Positions 55,124-64,000 of a DNA stretch of 64,000 bases are shown here, piece by piece. This stretch comes from Myxococcota bacterium (lineage in GTDB: Bacteria; Myxococcota_A; UBA796; CAJQPC01). The notes beneath the pieces are model-generated. The model did no database searches and was not told where the DNA came from. It saw nothing but the letters and a program-made list of their open reading frames with translations. The translations under genes were made by a program, and so were the position numbers. Within the stretch, counting starts at the first letter, position 1, and every line of letters begins with the position of its first letter. The stretch spans positions 64,001-128,000 of the forward strand of contig DASCPX010000027.1 in NCBI GenBank assembly GCA_036012755.1. The letters are read 5' to 3'.

Positions 55124-58093
55124 CTAGCCTTCCTCTTCGTCCTTGGCCTTCTTCTTGGCCTCCTTCGCTTCCTTCTTCTTCTTCTTTGCGTAGGCCTTCG
55201 GGTCGTTCTGCTGGAACATGCGGTCGGCTTCGGCCTCCCAGTCGAAGACCTCGTAGGAGATGCCTGCCTCGTCGAGCTGCGGGGTGATGACCTCGAGCGG
55301 GCCGACGAGGGTGACGACCTCCTTGCCGTGACAGCGCTCCATCTGGTCCTGCAGATCCTGCACCCCGACCGCTGCGAGGCGCTCGGCGTGACCGTCGATG
55401 AGGTCCCAGCCGTAGCCAGTGGTGAACGGCTGCTTGATGCGGCTGAGCATCTGGCCGGTTGTCTGCTGCCCGAGCACGTACTTGCGAGAGGCGCTGAGCT
55501 TCATGAGCGTCAGCAGATCCTCGTCGAAGCGGCCCTCCTTGGCTTCGTCGCTCAGGCGGAACATCGTCTCGACCGCCAGGGCCGCAGCGTCGTTCTGGAC
55601 CAGGGCCGTGACCCCCATGAGCGCGGTGCCGTTGGACAGCGACATGTCGTAGGAGCCCGCGCCGTAGGTGACGCCGGACTGCTCACGCAGCGCGTCCCAG
55701 GCCATCTCGTCGAGCACGGCGGCCAGCATCTCGCGAGACTCGTAGTTCTCCAGGGTGGCCGGTCCGATCTGGCAGACCATCACCGCCTGGGTCTGCGAGA
55801 CGCGCGCCTTGTCGAACACCAGCACCGCGCGCTCGGCCGCTGCGACAGGCACCGTCGGGAGCTCGCTCATCTGCACCGGGTCCGACTTCACGGTCCAGCC
55901 GTTGAAGTAGGTGCGCACAGCGTCCTCGACCGCGTCGGGGTCGTCCATGCGGCCGATGACGAAGAGCGTGCCGTTCTCAGGACGGTAGACCGTGTCCATC
56001 CAGTCGCCCATCTGGCCCGAAGGGTACTTGAGGGTCTCGTAGTAGAGCTCGTCCGCGCGCCACGCCGCCGGGTGGTCCGGCACGACCCGCGAGGCTGAGA
56101 GGTAGCTTGCCCACCACTCGGGGAAACCCCGCTCGTAGCGCGCAGACTTCTTGGCGGCCTCCATCCAGGTCCGGCGGTCGTCCACGTTGATGAAGATCGA
56201 GTCGAGCTCGCGACGGGTCATGTAGATCATCGCGTCGACGTTGCCGGAGGAGCCGGTGATGCCCAGCGTCGAGTACGTATCAGCGGGGCCACGGACCCAG
56301 GAACCAGCGAGCCGCAACGGATCCTCGTTGTAGTCGGACTGCATCCACTCCCAGGTGTACTCGTCGAGGCCGAAGGCCGGCTCGCGGTAGGAGCCGCCCT
56401 CGAAGATGATGCTCACCTGGGCCAGGGGCGCGGTGCCATAGGGCAGAAGCACGACGTGCATGCCGTTGTCGAGGTCGAACTCGCGGATGGCAGACAGATC
56501 CGGAAGTGACATCACCCCTCGGAGGTACTCGGCGTCGACCTCGGACAGGTCGATCATCGAGGCGGTCTCCGCCTGGCGGACAGCGCCCTTGTAGATGGCG
56601 TCCGAGGAGTCGAGGCTGATGTCGCCCTCGTCGTAGGGCTCGATGACCACGGCCACCGCCCGGTCGCGGTTGAGGTACTTCTCGGCGAACTTGGCGGCGT
56701 CGTGGGCCGTGACCGTGCTGAGCCACTCGAACTGGCGCGAGTAGTAGAGGGGATCACCGGTGAAGTGGGTGAAGTTCGCCGTGTCGGCGGCGCGTCCGCC
56801 CCCGATGCTGGAGACGGACTCGACCGAGCGGAAGATGTAGGCCATCTGGGAGGACTTGCCGTAGTCGTAGAGGTAGTCCATGACCGGGCGATTGTTCAGG
56901 TCCCACATGTGGTAGAGGCCATCGAGGGCCTTCTCCCGGATCTCCTCCGGGTCGTCGTCTTCGTCCATCTCGATGAAGCACATCGCCGCCGAGTTGATCT
57001 CCTCGTCCCAGACGAAGCAGCCCATGGAGTCGAGGTCCTCGATCTCGTCCGTGAGGATGTCGAAGTCCTCGACGAGGTAGGTCTGGATGGCGGCCGTCAT
57101 CCAGCTCCCGCCGGTCATGCGCATCATCGGGTCGTGGGCGCGATAGGCGCCGGGCAGGGACCAGGCCAGCACCATCGTCGGCTTCTCGACGCCGCCCTTG
57201 TGGTAGCTGATGGTCGTGTCCGCGGGCTCCGGCGGCTCGTCCCATGTCGGGGTGACGCGGACCGGCGGCTCCTTGAGGTCGAAGGCCCCCTCCGGGTCCT
57301 CCGGATCGACCAGGAGCTCGATCGGGAAGGCGTCCTGGATGTACTGCCAGGAGTGGTTGACCTCTTCGCCCGTGTCCGGATCGGTGGAGGAGATCTTGAA
57401 GTCGCCGACGACCACGAGGGTGGTGTTCTCCGGCGTGTAGTTCTTGTCGACGAAGTCCTGGATGTCCTGCAGGCTGATGTTGTTCAGGGACTCGTGGGTA
57501 CCGATGCCCAGGCGATGGTAGGGGTGGCCTTCCGGGTAGAGCTTGGGCCGCAGGTACCACAGCGCCGAGCCGTCGGTGTTCTCGTAGCGCATGCGCAGCT
57601 CGTTGCGCACGATCTCGCGCTCGGTGTTGACGTCCTCTTCCGTGACGCCGCGCATCGCGTTCTCGATGCGGAGGGCCTCCAGGCGCAACAGCGGGACCAG
57701 CTGCTCCTTCGGGGCGATGGTCATGTAGTTGGTCCAGTCCGACGCGGTCGAAGCGTTCAGGCCAGCGCCCATCTCCTTGAGGACCTCCCACACCTTCGGG
57801 AGGTCACCGTGGAGGCTGCGGAACCAGAGGTGCTCGACGAGGTGGGCGATGCCCTCCTGACCGATGGGATCGTGGGAGGCGCCGCGGTCCACCACCGCCG
57901 TGATGCTCACGATCGGCTGGATGTGGTCCTCCTGGAAGATGATCCGGAGGCCGCTGGGCAGCACGTAGTCCATCATCGGGATGTCGAACTCGTCCACGGC
58001 GAGGTTCAGGTTCGGGCGGGGAAGGCTCTCCGCGACCGCGACGGTGGACAGGCCCGCGAGGGCGACGAGTGCGAAGGTGCGAGGCAGCTTCAT
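55124..58093 (-). CDS. M16 family zinc peptidase (insulinase-like), exported
   Basis: GIAHLVEH (HxxEH), NAST..D.TNY, ER.IV.NE.R.R, HPY...IG, Y.PEN.TL.VVGD; degenerate duplicated C-terminal half. Confidence 0.93.
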   Translation of the reverse strand: MKLPRTFALVALAGLSTVAVAESLPRPNLNLAVDEFDIPMMDYVLPSGLRIIFQEDHIQPIVSITAVVDRGASHDPIGQEGIAHLVEHLWFRSLHGDLPKVWEVLKEMGAGLNASTASDWTNYMTIAPKEQLVPLLRLEALRIENAMRGVTEEDVNTEREIVRNELRMRYENTDGSALWYLRPKLYPEGHPYHRLGIGTHESLNNISLQDIQDFVDKNYTPENTTLVVVGDFKISSTDPDTGEEVNHSWQYIQDAFPIELLVDPEDPEGAFDLKEPPVRVTPTWDEPPEPADTTISYHKGGVEKPTMVLAWSLPGAYRAHDPMMRMTGGSWMTAAIQTYLVEDFDILTDEIEDLDSMGCFVWDEEINSAAMCFIEMDEDDDPEEIREKALDGLYHMWDLNNRPVMDYLYDYGKSSQMAYIFRSVESVSSIGGGRAADTANFTHFTGDPLYYSRQFEWLSTVTAHDAAKFAEKYLNRDRAVAVVIEPYDEGDISLDSSDAIYKGAVRQAETASMIDLSEVDAEYLRGVMSLPDLSAIREFDLDNGMHVVLLPYGTAPLAQVSIIFEGGSYREPAFGLDEYTWEWMQSDYNEDPLRLAGSWVRGPADTYSTLGITGSSGNVDAMIYMTRRELDSIFINVDDRRTWMEAAKKSARYERGFPEWWASYLSASRVVPDHPAAWRADELYYETLKYPSGQMGDWMDTVYRPENGTLFVIGRMDDPDAVEDAVRTYFNGWTVKSDPVQMSELPTVPVAAAERAVLVFDKARVSQTQAVMVCQIGPATLENYESREMLAAVLDEMAWDALREQSGVTYGAGSYDMSLSNGTALMGVTALVQNDAAALAVETMFRLSDEAKEGRFDEDLLTLMKLSASRKYVLGQQTTGQMLSRIKQPFTTGYGWDLIDGHAERLAAVGVQDLQDQMERCHGKEVVTLVGPLEVITPQLDEAGISYEVFDWEAEADRMFQQNDPKAYAKKKKKEAKEAKKKAKDEEEG

Positions 58094-58228
58094 GTGGACT
58101 CCAGGTGTGCTCATCCGAGACAGGCCGGAAACCTTATCCGGGTAGGCCTGTTCCGTCCGGCCTGCGGAGTCAAGGCCCAGGCATTCGACAACGCAGTGCG
58201 CCAGAGGTGCGGACCTGCAAAGGGAAGC

Positions 58229-59722
58229 TCAGGCGGCTTGGGCTTCTTCCTGGGCTTGCGGGCTCTTGGGCTTTGGCTTGGCGTTCCAGACCCGCAGCGC
58301 GAGCAGGCAGCCGACGATGGCGACCGGGATCATCGAGATCGGCCACCAGACCCAGTTGTCCGGGTTCGCCGCTTCGTCTGGGACAGCGTCGTCGGGCAGG
58401 ATCCATCCGTAGAGGATGCTCATGAAGGCCGTGCCGGCGTAGACGAAACCGTCGATGATGCCGACGGCGGTGCCGACGTTCTTCTTGCCGCCGAAGTCCA
58501 TGCTGGCGGTGCCAGAGAGCATTCCGTGCACGCCGATGACGCATATGCTCATCAAGATGACCAGCCAGGGCAGGAAGGCGGTCTGGTAGGTGAACGCCAT
58601 CGTGATGGCGCCAACGATCATGCCCATGTAGAGGATGCCGGCGACCGGGCCCCTGCGGGACTGGAAGACCTTGTCCGAGATGATCCCCGCGAAGACCCCG
58701 CCCATGATGCCGGCGCAGCAGAGCATCATGCCCCAGTGGTCGAAGACGAAGGTCTCGAAGCCCCTCTCCTCGACACCGATGGCGGCCATCCCCAGCGCCT
58801 CGTCAGTCTGCTTCGCGAAGGTGCGGAACCACTGCATGATGGCCTGCCGCAGGAAGCCCGAGCAGAACTCGATGCAGGCGATGGTCACGATGACGGGGTT
58901 CTTCAACATCAGCGCGAAGACCTTGGCAGGACCGAGGCTCTCGCCGTCCTCTCCGATCTGCGCGTCGCCGAGATGGAAGTCGTCGAAGCCCGCCTCTCCG
59001 GGCGTGTTCTTCACCAGGACGAGGACCAGGACCCACATGATGGTGAGCAGGACCGACGGCACCCAGAAGACCATCTGGAGGTCCAGGTTCTTGACGATGA
59101 TGTAGCCGATGTCGAAGGCGAAGTAGATGCCGAGGCTGATGAGGATGCCGAAGATGGCGCCGAAGACTCCCCGCTCGCGGACGTGGAACCAGGGTGCGTT
59201 GGCCTTCACGATGGCGACGGCGCCGAAGCTCTGGAAGTACATGTTGACCGCGTAGAGCGCGCTGAGCACGACCGTGAGGTTGTCCGTGAGGAAGCCGGCC
59301 GAGGGACCGTCGTTCAGGATGGCCCAGGTCACCGCCCCCATGAGGCCGTTCATGATGAGGGCGCCCATCGAGCCGATGAGGATGGCGCTCTTGCCGCCGA
59401 TGCGGTCTGTCAGCGGGCCGTTCACGATGAACGAACACCCGTAGGTCAGCGTGCCCCAGAAGAAGATGGTGGCGAAGTCGCTGTTCGTCATCAGCGGCAC
59501 GCCGTCGTGGATGATGTCTCCGAAGGCGTGCTGGCTGACCTTGATGTTGTAGCGCCCCATGTAGAGGAAGGCGTAGGTGAGCCCCAGCGGCAACCAGTTC
59601 CCCACCCGGCGCAGGCGGTAGGCGCGGCTGTGCTCGATGCCGTCGACCTTGGGCAGACGCGCGATGACGACGGTCACCACGAGCAGGAGCAGGCCGATGG
59701 CCAGGAGTTCGTCGAGCTTCAT
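58229..59722 (-). CDS. MFS transporter, GlpT/OPA-like family
   Basis: Y..LYMGRYN, G.LTDRIGG, FQSFG, WF...ERG.F, G.ISDK.F.SRR.P, G.IDG..Y.G. Confidence 0.85.
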   Translation of the reverse strand: MKLDELLAIGLLLLVVTVVIARLPKVDGIEHSRAYRLRRVGNWLPLGLTYAFLYMGRYNIKVSQHAFGDIIHDGVPLMTNSDFATIFFWGTLTYGCSFIVNGPLTDRIGGKSAILIGSMGALIMNGLMGAVTWAILNDGPSAGFLTDNLTVVLSALYAVNMYFQSFGAVAIVKANAPWFHVRERGVFGAIFGILISLGIYFAFDIGYIIVKNLDLQMVFWVPSVLLTIMWVLVLVLVKNTPGEAGFDDFHLGDAQIGEDGESLGPAKVFALMLKNPVIVTIACIEFCSGFLRQAIMQWFRTFAKQTDEALGMAAIGVEERGFETFVFDHWGMMLCCAGIMGGVFAGIISDKVFQSRRGPVAGILYMGMIVGAITMAFTYQTAFLPWLVILMSICVIGVHGMLSGTASMDFGGKKNVGTAVGIIDGFVYAGTAFMSILYGWILPDDAVPDEAANPDNWVWWPISMIPVAIVGCLLALRVWNAKPKPKSPQAQEEAQAA

Positions 59723-60723
59723 CAGTCCACCTCACGCAGAGGCCCATCGGGCAAGCTGTCGTAGCTGACCTCGCCGGGACGGTACACGGTCGCCTGGAAC
59801 TGCCGGTGGATGACTCGCTCGTTGCGGTCCTCCGGTGTCAGCCCGAGCTTGTCCTCGGCGAGTCGTGCCGCGAGCGCGGTGTCGAAGTCGGTCAGCGGGA
59901 TCCCGAGCTCTGCGCTCAGCGCGCTGCCGTCGACCGCGAGGTCCTCGCCTTGGAGCAGCTGCTGGCGCCTGATCCAGTTCTCCCAGCGGCGGCCGGCGAC
60001 TCGGGCGAGCTTGGCGACGACGCCCGCCGGACCGGAGAGCCAGGTGACCTCGTCGGGATCTGCCCCGGCGGCGAGGCAGGCCCGCTCCACGGCCGTCTCG
60101 AGCGACATCGTCTCCGGTCCACCCAGCTCGAGGGTGCGCCCGGGCTCATCGTCGAGCACCGCCATGGCGTAGATCGCGACGTCCTTGCGCGCGAGAGGGG
60201 AGACGCGGCTCCCCTTGCCGCCCCAGACCCGCCAGGGATCGCCGCTTGCGAGACGCTCGGCTGCGTCGGCGAGGTCCTCTGAGAACAGCGAGCAGCGCAA
60301 GATGGTCCAGTCCAGGCCGCCCTGGGCGAGGTGTTCCTCGGCCTGGCGCAGGCAGTCGAACCACGGATTGGGGAAGCCCCGGTCCACCCCCACGGCCGAG
60401 ACCATCACGAAGCGCTCCACTCCGCGGGCTTCGGCGGCCTCGATGAGGTCCTGGGTCCCCTTGAGCGTGACGACGCTGTGGTGGTTGTCGCTGGTCTCGA
60501 TTCGGATCCCCGCCGCGTGGATCACGTAGCGGCACCCCTTGAGCGCGCGACGCAGGCTCTTCGGGTCGCGCAAGTCACCGAAGAAGTAGCTGCAACCGGA
60601 GTCGTTGAGCCAGTAGTACTCCGAGCCAGGACGCACCAGCGCCCGAACGTCCTGCTTGGCCCGGCGGAGCAGGCGGACGACGTGGCTGCCGAGGAGCCCG
60701 GTGGCGCCGGTGACGAGGAACAT
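59722..60723 (-). CDS. NAD(P)-binding SDR/NmrA-like oxidoreductase
   Basis: MFLVTGATGLLG, VRALVR, GDL.D, GV.RFV.VS, L.WTILR, LELGGPE. Confidence 0.88.
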   Translation of the reverse strand: MFLVTGATGLLGSHVVRLLRRAKQDVRALVRPGSEYYWLNDSGCSYFFGDLRDPKSLRRALKGCRYVIHAAGIRIETSDNHHSVVTLKGTQDLIEAAEARGVERFVMVSAVGVDRGFPNPWFDCLRQAEEHLAQGGLDWTILRCSLFSEDLADAAERLASGDPWRVWGGKGSRVSPLARKDVAIYAMAVLDDEPGRTLELGGPETMSLETAVERACLAAGADPDEVTWLSGPAGVVAKLARVAGRRWENWIRRQQLLQGEDLAVDGSALSAELGIPLTDFDTALAARLAEDKLGLTPEDRNERVIHRQFQATVYRPGEVSYDSLPDGPLREVD

Positions 60724-60771
60724 GGCCGGTGCCAATAACGCTTGATAGGTCCCCTCGTACAGGACTGGCCG

Positions 60772-61104
60772 ATGTCGGACGAACGCAGCGAAGACAGCGC
60801 ACCACAGGAGCCCGCGGGCTCCGGAGATCTCTCGCCCCCGCTGGGCGAGGTCGCCGGCGCCCTGTGGTCGGCTTTTCGCTCGGGCAGCAGGACCATCGCC
60901 CAGAGCGGTCGAGACCGCCTCGAGGCGTACCAGGCCCGAAAGGACCTGCAGAAGCTCTACGAGAAGCTCGGCCGTGAGACCGTTCGCCTCGTCGAGGCCG
61001 GCGAGATCACGCACCCCGGGCTGTTGGTGGGTGCCGAGCGCATCCATCGGCAGGCCGACGCCGTGGCCGCGGCGGATGCTGCGGAGAGCGAAGGCGAGGA
61101 GTAG
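60772..61104 (+). CDS. Hypothetical coiled-coil protein
   Basis: GR.RLE.YQ.RKDL.KLYEKLGRE...LVEAGEI.HPGL helical pattern; host-like codons. Confidence 0.6.
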   Translation: MSDERSEDSAPQEPAGSGDLSPPLGEVAGALWSAFRSGSRTIAQSGRDRLEAYQARKDLQKLYEKLGRETVRLVEAGEITHPGLLVGAERIHRQADAVAAADAAESEGEE

Positions 61105-61181
61105 GAGCCAGCGAAAACCGGTGACTCTGACGCCGTCAGGTTGCCGCGACAGGGACCGGGAGCTAATAGCGGGGCGCTCCC

Positions 61182-61254
61182 GGGGCTATAGCTCAGCTGG
61201 GAGAGCACTAGAATGGCATTCTAGGGGTCAGGGGTTCGAGTCCCCTTAGCTCCA
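61182..61254 (+). tRNA. tRNA-Ala(GGC), CCA not encoded
   Basis: GGGGCTA/TAGCTCC acceptor stem with G3:U70; CTAGA-ATGGCAT-TCTAG; GGGGTTCGAGTCCCC. Confidence 0.95.
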
Positions 61255-61259
61255 CCTCG

Positions 61260-61283
61260 ACAGGCGCTCCTCGGAGCGCCTGT
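61260..61283. terminator. Hairpin between the convergent tRNA-Ala and 5'-nucleotidase genes
   Basis: ACAGGCGCTCC-TC-GGAGCGCCTGT perfect inverted repeat; weak U-tract. Confidence 0.5.
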
Positions 61284-61288
61284 TCTCG

Positions 61289-62665
61289 TCAGGGTCTCGG
61301 CTCCCTCCGGACAGGCGCCGCGCGGACAGCGGCCTCCATGACCTCGCGGACATTCTGCGGCTGGACCTCGGGCTCCAGCGGGGTGGTGCCGGGCACGTAC
61401 TCGGCCCACTTCTCGAACATGAAGCTGTTGGTCGCCACGGTGTAGGTCCTGGTCTCGAGCGGGGCGCCCCCGACCGACAGCGGCGAGAGCGTCATGCCGG
61501 CGTACTGGACATCATCTCCGGCGAGGGAGGCCAAGGTCTCGATGTCCTCTGCCGACAGCCCGAAGGTCACGACCGTGTTGTCGAAGGGGAAGACCGAGAA
61601 CACGTCGCGGCGCGTGAGCTCGCCAGCGAAGAAGGGGGCCCGAAGGCCGCCGGAGTTGTAGACGGCGATGTCGACCTCCGCGGCCTCGCGGAGGCGAGCG
61701 CATGCCCACAGTCCCACGTCGGAGAGCACGTCCCGCCCCTCTTGCAGATCCTCTTCAGCCACGCCGATCACGACCCCCCACTCGGCGGCCACCTCGGCGA
61801 GCAGCTCCGCGTGCAGGGCGTCCACCTTCGCCGGCACCTCGGTGGGCTCCTCTACCAGATCGACGAGCTCGTAGTCGAAGTCTGTGATCCGGTCGTCGGC
61901 CACGTGAAGCCGAACCGTGCCGAGCGAGCGGGCGTAGCTCCCTGCCTGGACAATGCGGGTGTCACCGACCTCCAGCGCTTCCCGCAGCGCAGTGTGCGAG
62001 TGCCCGCCGACGATGAGGTCGATGCCGTCGACGGCAGCCGCGAGCTCCTTGTCCGGCTCGACGCCGATGTGGCTGATGACGATGATCAGGTCGGTGTCCG
62101 GGTCCAAGCGCTCGACCTCGGGCCGGACCGCTGCCGCGATGTCCCCTCCCCGGCTCTCGCCGAGCTGTGTGGGCGCGACGACGCTGTCGAGGCGGTCCGT
62201 GACGACTCCGATGAGCCCGATGCGGAGCGCACCCCTGGTCACGACGAGGGACGGCAGGGCGCCCTGGAGCCTGGGCTCGGCGTTGGCGTTGAGGGCAGCA
62301 ACGGCGCTGTGGGCGATGAGGGCCTCTGTGTTGGCCACGCCGTGATCGAACTCGTGGTTCCCGACCGCCCAGGCGTCGTAGCCCACAGCCTCTAGCACCT
62401 CGACCATTGCCCCACCGATAGCCCCACCTCGCTTCGTCTGTGCGTAGGGGGTACCGGAGAGCAGATCGCCGGCGTCCAGGACGAGCACGTCCCCTTCGCG
62501 TCGGTGCCGGGCCACTCGCGCGCCGATGGCACGCATGCCTCCGATCGCCGGGTCCCCTTCGAGCCAGGTCGCCTTCTCGGGCTCGATGTGGCCGTGCATG
62601 TCGTTGGTGTGGAGGACAACGAGCTCGCCGCTGGGCGGCGGGGTGCACGCGACCAGCGCGATCAC
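61289..62665 (-). CDS. Bifunctional metallophosphatase/5'-nucleotidase lipoprotein
   Basis: HTND.HG, DAGD, GNHEFD, SH.G, GGHSH, NSGGLR, PFDN, VATNSF. Confidence 0.93.
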   Translation of the reverse strand: MIALVACTPPPSGELVVLHTNDMHGHIEPEKATWLEGDPAIGGMRAIGARVARHRREGDVLVLDAGDLLSGTPYAQTKRGGAIGGAMVEVLEAVGYDAWAVGNHEFDHGVANTEALIAHSAVAALNANAEPRLQGALPSLVVTRGALRIGLIGVVTDRLDSVVAPTQLGESRGGDIAAAVRPEVERLDPDTDLIIVISHIGVEPDKELAAAVDGIDLIVGGHSHTALREALEVGDTRIVQAGSYARSLGTVRLHVADDRITDFDYELVDLVEEPTEVPAKVDALHAELLAEVAAEWGVVIGVAEEDLQEGRDVLSDVGLWACARLREAAEVDIAVYNSGGLRAPFFAGELTRRDVFSVFPFDNTVVTFGLSAEDIETLASLAGDDVQYAGMTLSPLSVGGAPLETRTYTVATNSFMFEKWAEYVPGTTPLEPEVQPQNVREVMEAAVRAAPVRREPRP

Positions 62666-62805
62666 GAGACCTCGGGCTCCTTGGTCTCGGGTTCCAGCTT
62701 GGGTTGGTGTGCCCGCTCGCCCGGCTTCTCGAAGAGCTCGTTCCTGGCAACGCGCTCGGCGATGCGCTTGAGTACGGAGCGGACGGTCGAGCGGATCAGA
62801 CCCAT
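62662..62805 (-). CDS. Small hypothetical protein (47 aa)
   Basis: MGLIRSTVRSVLKRIAERV...; its stop overlaps the nucleotidase GTG start and it fills the operon gap. Confidence 0.45.
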   Translation of the reverse strand: MGLIRSTVRSVLKRIAERVARNELFEKPGERAHQPKLEPETKEPEVS

Positions 62806-62818
62806 GGGCGGGAGCCTA

Positions 62819-63394
62819 TCACTGCGGCTTCGCCTGGCCCCAGACCCTCCAGCCCTCCGCGTCGTACCGGAGGACGAGGGGGCTGACCGGGTGGTCGAGC
62901 TGCTCGAACATCTTGCGCGCACCGACAGCAACCACCTTGTCGACCTCGCTGTCTCCGGGCGTCCAGGCCACGAGCGCTCCACGGGCGGGGACCGCCACGA
63001 GCACCTCCTCGCCGAGCTGGCCGAGCCACTCCGGATGGAGCAACACGGTGCCCTCGCGACCTGGCTCGGCGGTGGACTGCCAGTAGTGCCCGCCTCCGGG
63101 GATCTCGACCCTGGTCAGCGGGCTCTCTTCGAGCGCCCCGGCAGCGTGACGCCTGAGACCGGCGCGCGTGACCCCCCAGGCTTCCAGATCGGCCTCTGTG
63201 ACGTAGCGCCGGGTCTGGTCGCTCTCGACCCGGAAGCAGAGCAGGACCGCCTCGACGAGGGCGTCGCAGACCAACTCCTTTTCCTTGCCGTCGCCGCTTG
63301 CCTGCTCCCGAAAGAGCGCCGGCGCGTCAGCCCCTTCCGGGCTCGCGAGGATCACACCTGGCGGTTCCGCCAGGGCCAGTGAGATCCACCACAT
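62819..63394 (-). CDS. Exported hypothetical protein (DUF1444-like pattern)
   Basis: MWWISLALA signal; YVT..DL..WG, LL.PE, VAVP.RG.L, HPVSP. Confidence 0.55.
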   Translation of the reverse strand: MWWISLALAEPPGVILASPEGADAPALFREQASGDGKEKELVCDALVEAVLLCFRVESDQTRRYVTEADLEAWGVTRAGLRRHAAGALEESPLTRVEIPGGGHYWQSTAEPGREGTVLLHPEWLGQLGEEVLVAVPARGALVAWTPGDSEVDKVVAVGARKMFEQLDHPVSPLVLRYDAEGWRVWGQAKPQ

Positions 63395-63407
63395 CAGCGA
63401 GGAGACA

Positions 63408-63950
63408 CTACTCGTGAACGCTGTGTTCCTCGACCACCGGACGCAGCTCGTCGCGCATCTGCTCCGCGGAGCGGTCCTCGACGAGGATGTTGCTGAGCTG
63501 CGACGTCATGCCTCTCTGGCGCTCGCAGAGCACCTTCGCCATCTCGCGAACGAGCTTGAAGGCGGCGAGGTTCTCGTCAGCGAGCAGCTGGTCGAAGCCA
63601 CCCTTTGGGAAGCGGAAGAGCACACAGTCGCCTCGCGCCGCCACGGTGGCCGAGCGCGGCGAGCCATCGATGAGCGCCATCTCTCCGAAGCAGGACTTGG
63701 GGCCGAGGCGCGCCAGCTCACGGTCGGGACCGAGCATCTGGCTCTTGCTCACGACGACCGCGCCCTCGTGCACCACATACCAGGCATCCCCGGCGTCGCC
63801 CTCGCCGAAGAGCGCCTGTCCGTCTCGGACGCGCTGGAGCTGCATGATGTGCACGATCTCGGCGAGCTCCGAGGGCTCGAGGTCCCCGAACATCGGAGTG
63901 TCGAGCAGGAACGTGATGATGCTCTCCAGAGTCAGGTTCGACATGGGCAT
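63408..63950 (-). CDS. Cyclic nucleotide-binding domain protein (no HTH)
   Basis: F.EGD.GD..Y.V..G.V, FGEMALIDG.PRSATV.A. Confidence 0.9.
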   Translation of the reverse strand: MPMSNLTLESIITFLLDTPMFGDLEPSELAEIVHIMQLQRVRDGQALFGEGDAGDAWYVVHEGAVVVSKSQMLGPDRELARLGPKSCFGEMALIDGSPRSATVAARGDCVLFRFPKGGFDQLLADENLAAFKLVREMAKVLCERQRGMTSQLSNILVEDRSAEQMRDELRPVVEEHSVHE

Positions 63951-64000
63951 CTCCTGATGTGGCGGCGAGGGTACACCGAGTGGGTGTGCCCCGCAGCCCG

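Noticed and set aside
56702..59764. 1020-aa plus-strand ORF and similar long antisense ORFs (e.g. 11042-13534, 21324-23123, 31111-32901, 35713-37920, 52316-54250)
   Set aside because: Antisense shadows of recognisable genes, caused by stop-codon scarcity in high-GC DNA.
52525..61254. tRNA-Leu and tRNA-Ala(GGC) lacking encoded CCA as pseudogenes
   Set aside because: Both cloverleafs are intact, and post-transcriptional CCA addition is common in bacteria.

Overview
High-GC bacterial chromosomal segment. TIGR02266-type PilZ protein, several Hsp70 paralogs and AgmX/TonB-C-like and PEGA-like domains point to Myxococcota/deltaproteobacteria (inference). Most of it is housekeeping: ndk, a plsB-like/gpsA-like pair, rlmB, phoH-PIN, csrA-queA-tgt-yajC-secD-secF-ihfB, maf-udg, rpsT-lepA-lepB-pyrR-pyrB-pyrC'-greA-recG-like, ugd, holA, rpsU, a dnaK paralog, an M16 peptidase, an MFS transporter, a 5'-nucleotidase and three tRNAs (Ala-CGC, Leu-TAA, Ala-GGC). 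The best candidate for an undescribed system is the cluster at 28.6-35.7 kb. It encodes an Hsp70 whose helical lid is replaced by a MIDAS-intact vWA domain, a GrpE, a second short-lid Hsp70, a membrane-anchored protein with HPD-less J-like domains and a periplasmic PEGA/TonB-C-like tail, and a TPR-zincin. Other notable items: a kinase-zinc-finger-multi-TM-PDZ protein opposite an ECF sigma factor in an apparently foreign block; very short signal peptides across the window; apparent pseudo-enzymes (RecG-like, GpsA-like, PyrC'); a pseudoknot-capable intergenic RNA candidate; an ~80-bp intergenic tandem array; and a probable CTG start for lepA. No CRISPR array, transposase, integrase or rRNA was seen. 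All calls come from motif recognition by eye; no database searches were run.
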